DNA of 64,000 bases from an uncultured Alphaproteobacteria bacterium (GCA_964444755.1 CAYUIF010000001.1:238402-302401), one strand, 5' to 3'. Counted from the stretch's first letter, positions 19,328 to 27,722 are shown. The notes: a model not told the origin generated them from the sequence alone. A program made the numbers and translations.

Positions 19328-19549
19328 TCAGCCTTCGCCGCTGTCATCGCCGGAAGAGCCGGTATCCGGCAGCGCAACGGCTTTCAGCATGGTTTCGTTG
19401 GTATGGCAGCCGATGCAATCCGCGGTGTTGGCTTCTCCCGCGGGAGCGGCCGGATTATCCTCATCGCTGCATCCCCAAAAGGCGAAGGCGGCGAAGAGTA
19501 ATCCGATAGCAACCAGTACCCAAAACGTCATGGGTTTCATATCGTGCAA
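19328..19549 (-). CDS. Lipoprotein signal peptide + first heme-binding site (CIGCH); probable N-terminal part of the multiheme cytochrome, cut off by an in-frame TGA
   Basis: MKPMTFWVLVAIGLLFAAFAFWGC lipobox, then CIGCH. The TGA at 19328-19330 is in the same frame as the 366-aa cytochrome ORF. Confidence 0.55.
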   Translation of the reverse strand: MHDMKPMTFWVLVAIGLLFAAFAFWGCSDEDNPAAPAGEANTADCIGCHTNETMLKAVALPDTGSSGDDSGEG

Positions 19550-19727
19550 CCTCGTTTGTCCGAAGATGGATTGTTAATTGGGACTAAATTCACATGCCGG
19601 GGAACAACAATCAAATGAGTATCACATTAAGCCCTGATTCTGCATATATAATTTCATAAATAACAAAGATAAGATTGCAATTCTGGCAGACTCATTATGG
19701 TCGGCTTAGAGAATCTGACTCCCGTGA

Positions 19728-20168
19728 TTACTGTGCTCTCTGGTTCAGTATCTCGATGATCTGCGGAACCTGCGGATCTTCGGGAACCAGCTTCTGATAT
19801 TCCCGGAACAGTTCAATTGCGGTGCGGGCATCACAGTAGGATTCATAAATTCCCAGCACCAACACCCGGTTGGCCGGATCGTCGAAGCTGCGGTGTCCGT
19901 TGCCGATAAACGAAGCCAAATCCGGGCACGGACAATCCTCCGCCTTTGGATCGGTGTCCAGAATGATTGCGGGATTTTCGGTTAGTAGTTCGAAATAGAG
20001 GCGGTAGCCGTCCCGTAAGCGACCGGTTTCGATGTAGGCAATAATCAGTTTCTTGCGAGCCTTCAGATGTTCGGGATGAAGGCGAAGGTATTCTTCCAGG
20101 ATCGGCACCGCCCGCTCATAGCTGTGGGTCAGAAAAAAGTAATTGCCGATCATCTCCGAGATCGCCAT
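19728..20168 (-). CDS. Small TPR-like protein
   Basis: 146 aa from MAISEMIGNYFFLTHSYERAVPILEEYLRLHPEHLKARKKLIIAYIETGRLRDGYRLYFELL. Helical repeat character. Confidence 0.55.
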   Translation of the reverse strand: MAISEMIGNYFFLTHSYERAVPILEEYLRLHPEHLKARKKLIIAYIETGRLRDGYRLYFELLTENPAIILDTDPKAEDCPCPDLASFIGNGHRSFDDPANRVLVLGIYESYCDARTAIELFREYQKLVPEDPQVPQIIEILNQRAQ

Positions 20169-20248
20169 CGGACCTCCATGTCCAGTTGTTAAAAATGTAA
20201 CAAGCAACATTCAGACCATCTTGTAAAAATAATAACTTAACAAAAAAC

Positions 20249-20269
20249 GGTGAAACATAAAGTTTCACC
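20249..20269 (-). terminator. Rho-independent terminator of the sigma-54 activator gene
   Basis: ggtgaaac-ataaa-gtttcacc hairpin, followed on the minus strand by GTTTTTTGTT. Lies in a very AT-rich spacer. Confidence 0.55.
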
Positions 20270-20374
20270 GCCTGAGACATAGTGTCATTAAAACAATTTT
20301 TTCTTATAAAAAACAAAACTATAAATAATTTTTTAACAATTTGTTTCAGTTAACAAAAAATGAAACAGCTGTCA

Positions 20375-21688
20375 CTACTGTTCCATCTTATATTGCTTCA
20401 TCAACCGCCACAAAGTCGTTCGGCTGATTCCTAAAAGTTCGCAGGCTTTTTGTCGGTTCCAGTTAGTATCCCGCAATGCGCGAAGAACTCTCGCCTTTGC
20501 GGTTGATCCGCCCTGGTCATTGATCGAAATCACACTCTGGTTCTCCCTGACTTCAGGAGGCAAATGACCCAGTTGCACAGATCCGCCACGGGCTCGAATC
20601 ATGCTATACTCCAGAGCGTTCTCTAATTGCCGCACATTTCCCGGCCATTGGTAGCGTGCCAAGGCATCGTAACACTCATCGGTGAGCTGCGCTTTCGGGT
20701 AATTATTTTTGTTCTTCAGGCGGTTGAATAGACTCTCAACCAGTAACAATACATCATTTCCTCGTTTGCGCAGCGGCGGCAATTCCATGGGGACGGTTGA
20801 CAGACGGTAAAATAGATCCTCGCGAAACTTTCCCTCGGCGATGAGCTTTCGTAAATCCCGGTTGGTCGCGGCAATCACCCGGACATCCACTTTGATCGTC
20901 CGGCTCCCGCCCACCGGTTCGAACTCCCGCGATTGCAGCACTCGCAGCAGTTTAAGCTGAACGGCCGGAGACGCTTCCCCGATCTCATCTAAAAATATCG
21001 TTCCCCCGTCCGCCGTCTCGAACCGCCCCGCCCGGTCGGTGTAGGCTCCTGTGAATGCTCCCTTTACATGACCGAATAACTCGCTTTCCAGAAGATTTTC
21101 GGCAAAAACGGAGCAATTGACCTTCACATACGCCTTGTTCCGGCGGGGACTGCGGGCGACGATGGCATCCGCCGCCAATTCCTTCCCGGTTCCGCTTTCG
21201 CCCGTGATTAATACCGTGGTCTCCAACCCCGCCACTTGCTCGATCAGCTCGAAAACCTCCAGCACACTGCGATCTCGACCGATCATTCCTTCAAAATGAT
21301 CCTCGGCCGCCAGTTGACTACCCCGTTGCGCGCTATCCACTGGGCGAAACACCATGATTCCGCCGGTGGTCTCGCCGGTTTCATCTTTCAGTTCCGAAGA
21401 ATTGACCAGCACCTGAAGGGTTGCTCCATCCTTGCGGGTAATAGCCATCCGGGTATCCCGGAGTGGTTGGCCAAGTTCCAGGGCGCGAAATAACGGGCAC
21501 TCATCCTCACACCGGTCCGTCTTAAATACGCTCCGGCAGAATAACCCCGTTTCTGCCGACGTTGAGAAGCCCGTCAGGCGTTCGGCGGACGGGTTCATAT
21601 AGGTCAGCTTCCAGTTGCGGTCCACGATATAGACGCCTTCGTGAAGCGCATCCAATAGCGCATGAAGTGCGAAATCAGATAGGTCCAT
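20375..21688 (-). CDS. Sigma-54-dependent transcriptional activator with N-terminal PAS domain (NtrC family)
   Basis: PAS (YIVDRNWKLTYMNPSAERLTG). AAA+ Walker A GESGTGKE. GAFTGA sigma-54 contact motif. ESELFGH. C-terminal Fis-type HTH (ACELLGISRTTLWRLMK). Confidence 0.92.
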   Translation of the reverse strand: MDLSDFALHALLDALHEGVYIVDRNWKLTYMNPSAERLTGFSTSAETGLFCRSVFKTDRCEDECPLFRALELGQPLRDTRMAITRKDGATLQVLVNSSELKDETGETTGGIMVFRPVDSAQRGSQLAAEDHFEGMIGRDRSVLEVFELIEQVAGLETTVLITGESGTGKELAADAIVARSPRRNKAYVKVNCSVFAENLLESELFGHVKGAFTGAYTDRAGRFETADGGTIFLDEIGEASPAVQLKLLRVLQSREFEPVGGSRTIKVDVRVIAATNRDLRKLIAEGKFREDLFYRLSTVPMELPPLRKRGNDVLLLVESLFNRLKNKNNYPKAQLTDECYDALARYQWPGNVRQLENALEYSMIRARGGSVQLGHLPPEVRENQSVISINDQGGSTAKARVLRALRDTNWNRQKACELLGISRTTLWRLMKQYKMEQ

Positions 21689-21891
21689 AATTCTAATATA
21701 CAGGACGCTCCGGTGTTATGCAATCCGTGGGAGGCTCAAATCCGTTGGTTGATTTGAAAATCCGGCTGATTATTTCTGTTCGCATTCCAAATCGCGTTGA
21801 CTTCTAAGGGCACATTTGCTAAATTATTCACCTAAACTTCCATTGCTTGCATTATTCCCCCCGTTTACCGGCTCATATCGTGAGGTGCCCC

Positions 21892-23256
21892 ATGTCCAAG
21901 AAATGGTTTTGGCTTTTATTGATCATCCCCGCCCTGATCTTCTGGGGATGTCCCAAAGACGATGAAGAGGAAAACAACACTCCCCCGGTAGTCGAAGATA
22001 ACGCCAGCGGCAGCGTGACTTCCACCACCTCCGGCACAATTCAAACTCCCGCCGGCGCCCGCATCGTCGTTCCCGTCGGTGCCGTTCCGCAGACCGAAAG
22101 TGGTCAACCCGGTACGATGGTCTTCTCGATTGAGAAGAACAACAACATTCTGGTCACTCCGCCCACCGGTGAATCGGTGGTCTCGGATGTTTATCAGTTC
22201 GGTCCCGAAGGCTTCGTTTTTGCCCGCCCCGTCGAGGTCGCGATTCCCGTTCCCGGTGATACCGATCCCGGCCAGGTCAGCATCTGGCGGAAGAATCCCA
22301 CGACCGGTGTGGCGGAATTCTACGGCTCCGAATACGATCCGGCCACCCGTACGGTGAAAGCCCAAACCTACCAGCTTTCCCCGTGGTTCATCACTAACAA
22401 CAACCGCGTGGATGATGCCTCCGCCTGCATCCGTGTCAGCAACACCAGCCTATCAACCTGGCTGTATGTCTGCATTGAAGAGTACACCCTGGACTTCCCG
22501 GAGCAAGCCACGTGGCTGCCGGAAGGCGATGGGAACGGTTGCCTGTGGGCTCCCATCGGAACCATCGGTTGGGCTCATGAAGGCAACTGGTATGTCCCGC
22601 AGGGTGTTTACAAACTCTGCCTGCAGCGAGAAAACGAGCAACAGGATCGCTACGAACACATTTTTGTCGAGAACGTTCAAGCCACCGCTCCGTGGCACTA
22701 CAATGATCCCCGCTGTGCAAACGTTTCTTCCGGTGATTTCTTCCCCGCCGATACCGGACGTTGCGGCTGCATTCCCACCCCTACTACATCCGTGGGAACC
22801 GGCGACATTCAAGTCACGCTTACGTGGTATAACCAGCAATCCCTCGACCTCGATCTGTGGGTTATGGATCCCGATAGCGAATGGTGCTACTACGGCAACG
22901 GTCAGGCTCCCGGAACAACAACTTCCGGCGGTCAATTGGATCGTGATAATCTCTGCGGAAATTACGTCAACGGTCGTCCCGAGAATATCTATTGGACGCA
23001 AACCCCGCCCAATGGTCAATACGTCGTGGCGGTGGACTGGTTCTCCAGCTGCGGCAATGAGCTGGGTAATCAATCCTACAATGTCCGCACCGTAGTCGGC
23101 GGTACGACCCGCACGTTCAATATGGTGATCGAGCCCTATGCGAATATGCAGGAAGTCACGCGCTTCACGATCAGCGGCAACACAATCAATTTCCTGCCGC
23201 CGCGCAGCGATGTGGACTATTCCAAGCTGCCGCGTCCGAGCAAGACTCAGAACTAA
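21892..23256 (+). CDS. Lipoprotein of unknown function with C-terminal beta-sandwich (PPC/DUF2135-like LDLWVxDP) domain
   Basis: Signal and lipobox MSKKWFWLLLIIPALIFWGC. C-terminal DIQVTLTWYNQQSLDLDLWVMDPDSEW...NGQYVVAVDWF. Confidence 0.65.
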   Translation: MSKKWFWLLLIIPALIFWGCPKDDEEENNTPPVVEDNASGSVTSTTSGTIQTPAGARIVVPVGAVPQTESGQPGTMVFSIEKNNNILVTPPTGESVVSDVYQFGPEGFVFARPVEVAIPVPGDTDPGQVSIWRKNPTTGVAEFYGSEYDPATRTVKAQTYQLSPWFITNNNRVDDASACIRVSNTSLSTWLYVCIEEYTLDFPEQATWLPEGDGNGCLWAPIGTIGWAHEGNWYVPQGVYKLCLQRENEQQDRYEHIFVENVQATAPWHYNDPRCANVSSGDFFPADTGRCGCIPTPTTSVGTGDIQVTLTWYNQQSLDLDLWVMDPDSEWCYYGNGQAPGTTTSGGQLDRDNLCGNYVNGRPENIYWTQTPPNGQYVVAVDWFSSCGNELGNQSYNVRTVVGGTTRTFNMVIEPYANMQEVTRFTISGNTINFLPPRSDVDYSKLPRPSKTQN

Positions 23257-23292
23257 TCGTCGAGTGTTCTGACACTCGATTGGCGAACCACA

Positions 23293-23326
23293 AGACAGCC
23301 CCCGAACCATGCGGTTCGGGGGCTGT
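23293..23326 (+). terminator. Terminator hairpin after the lipoprotein gene
   Basis: acagcccccgaacc-atgc-ggttcgggggctgt, then tctt. Confidence 0.55.
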
Positions 23327-23344
23327 TCTTGGTCCATGAAAAAG

Positions 23345-23367
23345 CCGCCCGGCATCGCCGGGCGGCT
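23345..23367 (-). terminator. Terminator of the RRM gene (minus strand)
   Basis: gccgcccgg-catcg-ccgggcggc, followed on the minus strand by TTTTTCAT. Confidence 0.5.
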
Positions 23368-23389
23368 CTCGAATCTACTTCCGGTTGGC

Positions 23390-23695
23390 TTACCAGCGAT
23401 TACCGCCGCCGCCACCGCCGCCCCGCCGCTCGGTGCGACGCGGACGTTCGGACTGCGGACGCGCTTCGTTGACCAGAATGTTGCGGCCCTTCAGATCGGT
23501 TTCGTTCATCTTGGTGATGGCTTCACGAGCTTCCGCTTCGTTCGGCATTTCCACAAAACCAAAACCCTTGGAACGGCCGGTCATACGGTCGGTGATGACG
23601 CTGGCCCGATCCACGGCGCCGTGGGCTTCAAAAGCTGCACGAAGATCGTCTTCGGTCACGGTGTAAGGGAGATTCCCAACGTAGATGTTTACCAT
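23390..23695 (-). CDS. RRM-domain RNA-binding protein with Gly-rich tail
   Basis: MVNIYVGNLPYTVTEDDL... RNP-1 KGFGFVEM. RRGGGGGGGNRW C-terminus. The ORF-track start at 23866 is rejected in favour of the conserved MVNIY start. Confidence 0.9.
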   Translation of the reverse strand: MVNIYVGNLPYTVTEDDLRAAFEAHGAVDRASVITDRMTGRSKGFGFVEMPNEAEAREAITKMNETDLKGRNILVNEARPQSERPRRTERRGGGGGGGNRW

Positions 23696-23982
23696 GATTT
23701 GATCCTTTCCGGACTTGGGGATGGTGCCCCGAACTTTGCCACCTTTACCATCGCATAGCCGAAAGGGACTCGAAACATCTACCTCCCCACGTGACAGGGC
23801 CTGCGAGAGGGTCCCCATGGACCCCACCTTTACAATGTCAATTAACAGAGCACAATGAGTGCCCATACAGACAGCGACAATATACCGAACAAAATGTTGA
23901 ATCGCAAGTGAAAAGTGAGCTTAAAATACTCTATTTGATGAGTAATTATGCAACACGTTTCATGCAAACTATATGGTGTCGG

Positions 23983-24957
23983 CTATTTAAGAAGTACTAC
24001 CGGTTGTGATAGAGTTCTTTTCGGACTCGTAAGTCGCACATAATACATGCCCGACGAAAGTTGACTTCCCTCAATCTGAACTCTATGAAAACCAGAACTC
24101 AACGGACCCTTTGTCAAAGTCTGGACACGCCTGCCCAAAAGATCATAAAGTGCCACATCCATCACCATCGGCGAGGACAACGTGAACGAAATCGTGGCCG
24201 TGCTGTTGAAGGGATTCGGGTAGACCTCGCTTAATGCGAACTCCTCTCCGATGGCCGCGCGAGGCTCGTCGGTCCACGAGGTCGCTTCGAGAGTGATGTC
24301 TATTCCCTCGGGGAAATTCGATTCCTGTACGACGATGGCGGTGGGAGTGCCGCCGCCGTAGACGCCGCGCGGTTCGCCGGGATCCCATGCGAAGTTGCCG
24401 TCGAGATCCATGAAGGCATAAGCATAGAAGGTGGCGAAGCTGTCCACCAGCGCGACGTAATCGCCGTTGCCGGTATTGTTGAAGAGCAGGCTGCCGCCGT
24501 GGGGGAGGTCGAGAAAATCGGGAGTGTAATAGGCGAACAGCAGGGTGGTTCCGGTGCCCGCGCCGCTATAGCTGATGGTTCCCGAAAAGCCGCCTTGATT
24601 GGGCGGATGGAGTTCGATGTTCACGCCGGTGGTATCGGAAATCAACTCGAAGACCTGCGGGATATCGCCGCCGTAGAAACCGCGCGGTTCGTCCAGATCG
24701 GGAGTGATGCTGGTATTCAGATCCTGATAGGCAAACAGCACATAGCCGCCTTCATCCAAACCCGAAAAACCGTAGGTGTTGATGAACGGAATGGCGATGG
24801 TGATGTAGAAGGTATCGAGGGTAGTGGGCACGGCAAACACATAGCGCAGCGGCAAGCCCGTTCCGCCGGTGATAGTGCCGGAGATGGAATAGGCTTGGGC
24901 AGTACCCGCCCATAGAATGAGGCACAACAAACAGATCGCGAATAATCGGCTCTTCAT
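23983..24957 (-). CDS. T9SS (Por) C-terminal sorting-domain secreted protein
   Basis: Signal MKSRLFAICLLCLILWAGTAQA. C-terminal VYPNPFNSTATISFTLSSPMVMDVALYDLLGRRVQTL...GMYYVRL...VVLLK matches the TIGR04183-type domain. Confidence 0.8.
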   Translation of the reverse strand: MKSRLFAICLLCLILWAGTAQAYSISGTITGGTGLPLRYVFAVPTTLDTFYITIAIPFINTYGFSGLDEGGYVLFAYQDLNTSITPDLDEPRGFYGGDIPQVFELISDTTGVNIELHPPNQGGFSGTISYSGAGTGTTLLFAYYTPDFLDLPHGGSLLFNNTGNGDYVALVDSFATFYAYAFMDLDGNFAWDPGEPRGVYGGGTPTAIVVQESNFPEGIDITLEATSWTDEPRAAIGEEFALSEVYPNPFNSTATISFTLSSPMVMDVALYDLLGRRVQTLTKGPLSSGFHRVQIEGSQLSSGMYYVRLTSPKRTLSQPVVLLK

Positions 24958-25139
24958 AAGAACTCCCGTCGGCATAAGTGGCGATGACCCAGTGTACGAA
25001 GATTTCCGCGCATTTTCAAATTCTACTTACGTTACACAATTCATGCCGAAATCCGGCGGTCCGCTCAATAAATTTAAGGCGATAGGTGGAGTGGCATGGA
25101 AATATTTTTTTGCCGAACGAACTACCTAAGAACAGAGAA

Positions 25140-25260
25140 AAACTGAAAATCTGAAATACCGAAACGCCGAAATTCGAACTATAGTTGATTTCTCAAGAGG
25201 GGCAATCCAGCCATAAAAGATATGAACATTTGTTCAGATTGTCAAGAGGAAGGTGAAGAA
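25140..25260. promoter_or_regulatory. Duplicated intergenic module containing a GAAC-N4-GTTC (Cheo/LexA-like) palindrome
   Basis: ctgaaaatctgaaata ... aagatatGAACatttGTTCagattgtcaagagga. A near-identical module lies at 61345-61445. Confidence 0.45.
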
Positions 25261-25289
25261 ACGATAAGCGATGAACCGGATTTGTAGCG

Positions 25290-25546
25290 CCCAGCTTGCT
25301 GGGCTTTGTTTCGCCGAGTGGGGTTTGTTTCCCCCTGCTTCAGCGGGGGGATGAAAGGGGGGCGTATTCCGGGCACAGCACGCAGTGCCCCTACGGAAAA
25401 GAACGGGCGGGTACGCTTGCACTTTACCCGCCCCTACGGAAGACGGCCATAATGAATTATGGCCCTACAAAACGCAAGATGTTACAATCGGTAGGGGTCG
25501 TTCGAGAACGACCCGCGGGCGGTTCGCGAACCGCCCCTACAGCACG
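25290..25546. repeat. Composite REP/BIME-like element
   Basis: ttcgccgag...; gggcacagcacgcagtgcccctac; ggccataatgaattatggccctaca; cgcgaaccgcccctacagcacgtt. This block is about 80% identical to 51215-51480. Confidence 0.6.
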
Positions 25547-25843
25547 TTACTTGAGCAGCACCATCTTCCTTATCTGTGACCGCTCCCCCGCCTGCACCCG
25601 TGCGATATACACTCCCGACGGCAACTCACTTGCGTCAAACACCTGCCGATGCTCTCCGGCATTCAGCCGCCCGAGGTTTTCTTCATAGATGGTTTGGCCG
25701 AGAACGTTGTAAACACTCACCATCACCAGCACCGAGTGTGGAAGAGTGAAGGATAGAGTTGTCGTAGGATTGAAGGGATTGGGATAAACCAAAAGATTGA
25801 AGGATGAGGGATAAGGAATGAACGGATCATCTACACCGACCCG
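25547..25843 (-). pseudogene. Detached T9SS C-terminal sorting domain, separated from the upstream FG-GAP gene by an in-frame TAG
   Basis: Continues in frame after the TAG at 25844-25846 as RVGVDDPFIPYPSSFNLLVYPNPFNPTTTLSFTLPHS...MVLLK. The 51589-53967 paralog has the homologous DPFIPQSSSF..YPNPFNP join intact. Confidence 0.6.
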
Positions 25844-27061
25844 CTAGCTTGTATCTCCGGCCACGACGATACATCGTCCGCGCCAGCCTTCCGTGTCCAG
25901 ATCATCCCACGCTCCGATGGCGAAATCATCAATCCCGTCTCCGTTCACATCCCCCAAGCCCGCCGCTGTCTGAAGACTGACGAGATTCTGCCAACCCCGA
26001 CCATAAATCGTCCACGCCGGTTGAGAGTTAAGCGCCGACTGTCCGAGATACAGCGACAGAACGCCCCACCATGATCCGGGACAATAGCTCCGGATTAACG
26101 CCATGTCCTTGAAACCATCTGCATTTATGTCCCCTAAGCTTGCAACCACTTCCGCACCGGACCCACAAGGGTAGGACAATTGGACATCTGCAACGGAATG
26201 AAGAACGGAACCACCCAAATGAACATCTGCACCACCTTGATATGTATAGATCAGCTCGTCGCAACGGTTTGCATTTAGGTCATTGACAATCCCTTCCGGA
26301 AATATCCGCATGTTCGGCCATGTATAAGCCGGAATTGTGTCGGGATATGTGTTTCCGAGGAAAATGTAAGTCGTGTTTGACATCAAGGTCGCACTCACCC
26401 AATCGCTATATCCGTCATCATTCAAATCGCCGTAGGATTGGGGGAGTGCTTGGTAGGAATTCCCCGATGGGCTGGTTCGACTCCAATCCGGTATCCAATC
26501 AATTATATTGTTGCCATAGAAAATGTCAATATAATCAGGGATTGTATGATACCAGAAAAGATCGGATTGTTCGTCGCCATTGAAATCACCCACGGTTCCG
26601 AAATAGTCGTTTCGTCCAATTAGTAGGCTGTATTCCGGAATCGTATCCGCGGCATTGCCACCCCAGAAGACATCAACTATGCAGTAATCAAAACTTTCCG
26701 ACCGGCGTTTCGTGAACCAATCCACATACCCATCCCCATTCACATCGTTCAGAATCCCCGCCATTCCCCAGCCCCACAGATTGGACGGACCGAAGATCGT
26801 CATGTAAGGAATGTTGGAGGGTGGATTGCCGCCGTGAAAGAACTCAACATATGGCCACTGATTCCCCACAACAATCCGGTTTCCCCCCGCCGCTACCGCC
26901 CAATCATCGAATCCGTCATCGTTCTGATCGCCCAGCGGAAGGATCTCGTAGCCGTATAGCGAGCTATCCTGTAATCCACTCCGATCCCAGATCACCTCCG
27001 GCGACCACGGCTGGGCAAGCAGGGAAGATGCGAGGAACAGGATAATGAAGAGAGGTTTCAT
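25844..27061 (-). CDS. Secreted FG-GAP/VCBS-repeat protein (truncated before its T9SS C-terminal domain)
   Basis: Signal MKPLFIILFLASSLLAQP. Repeated D.N.DG..D calcium-binding FG-GAP-type loops (DQNDDGFDDW, DVNGDGYVDW, DLNDDGYSDW, DINADGFKDM, DVNGDGIDDF). Confidence 0.75.
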   Translation of the reverse strand: MKPLFIILFLASSLLAQPWSPEVIWDRSGLQDSSLYGYEILPLGDQNDDGFDDWAVAAGGNRIVVGNQWPYVEFFHGGNPPSNIPYMTIFGPSNLWGWGMAGILNDVNGDGYVDWFTKRRSESFDYCIVDVFWGGNAADTIPEYSLLIGRNDYFGTVGDFNGDEQSDLFWYHTIPDYIDIFYGNNIIDWIPDWSRTSPSGNSYQALPQSYGDLNDDGYSDWVSATLMSNTTYIFLGNTYPDTIPAYTWPNMRIFPEGIVNDLNANRCDELIYTYQGGADVHLGGSVLHSVADVQLSYPCGSGAEVVASLGDINADGFKDMALIRSYCPGSWWGVLSLYLGQSALNSQPAWTIYGRGWQNLVSLQTAAGLGDVNGDGIDDFAIGAWDDLDTEGWRGRCIVVAGDTS

Positions 27062-27560
27062 GGTACGGTCTTTAGTAGGCGGTTAGCCGGGCAGGTTGAG
27101 AACCTGCCGCGGCGAGGTCGTTGCGAGAAGATTCCGGGCAGATCAGGGGATCTGCCTCGGCGAAGACGGGCACGGCATGCCGTGCCCCTACGGAAGACGG
27201 CCATAATAAATTATGGCCCTACAAGACGGACGCGATGAATCGGCCCCTACAGGACGATGCGTTGCAGTTGTTCCGGCGGGGTAGAAAACCCCGCTCGGCG
27301 AATACATGGGCACAGCACGCTGTGCCCCTACGAAAACAAAGATTCCGGCCAGGTTGCGGTCTGCGACCTTAACCACGGCTCGGCAAGATCGTTACGTGAA
27401 GATTCCGGGCAGATCAGGGGATCTGCCTCGGCGAAGACGGGCACGGCATGCCGTGCCCCTACCGCGTGTGCGATTCCGGCAGGGGTAGGGACCCCGCTCG
27501 GTGAATACGCGTGCAATGGTGCAATATGCAGGGCTTTACAAGGAAAGGCAATTGAATCCC
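27062..27560. repeat. REP/BIME-like element array
   Basis: gattccgggcagatcaggggatctgcctcggcgaa (twice); gggcacggcatgccgtgcccctac (twice); ggccataataaattatggccctaca; ttccggcggggtagaaaaccccgctcggcgaa; gggcacagcacgctgtgcccctac. Confidence 0.65.
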
Positions 27561-27722
27561 GTATAGCATCCGTTACAGCAACTTAAAGTATTGATTATGT
27601 TGCAATCAGCTTGACTTCCCTGAAAATTTGGGGTATATTAACCATGTGCTATAGTTAATCGGCTAAGCCGTTTGAATAGGCTAAAAAGCCGATGAAACAA
27701 CGATGCTAAGGTACTGATTATT

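Noticed and set aside
19310-19330. Selenocysteine at the in-frame TGA of the cytochrome
   Set aside because: Not adopted as the primary call. The codon lies in a Gly/Ser linker rather than a redox motif, and no convincing SECIS hairpin with the expected loop follows. A nonsense mutation or an error is more parsimonious. Kept as a finding to be checked.
21790-21830. Possible sigma-54 promoter (GGGCAC...TTTGCT) upstream of the lipoprotein gene next to the sigma-54 activator
   Set aside because: The spacing between the GG and GC elements is wrong (1 nt instead of ~5 between TGGCAC and TTGC). The sequence fits a sigma-70 TTGACT-N17-TAAATT promoter better.
22453-23415. 320-aa ORF on the minus strand
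   Set aside because: Entirely antisense to the well-supported lipoprotein gene at 21892-23256. Low-complexity, Arg/Gly/Ala-rich translation typical of a high-GC antisense frame.
27062-27560. CRISPR array
   Set aside because: The palindromic units vary in sequence and spacing. There is no constant repeat with unique spacers of fixed length, and no cas genes. The REP/BIME interpretation fits better.
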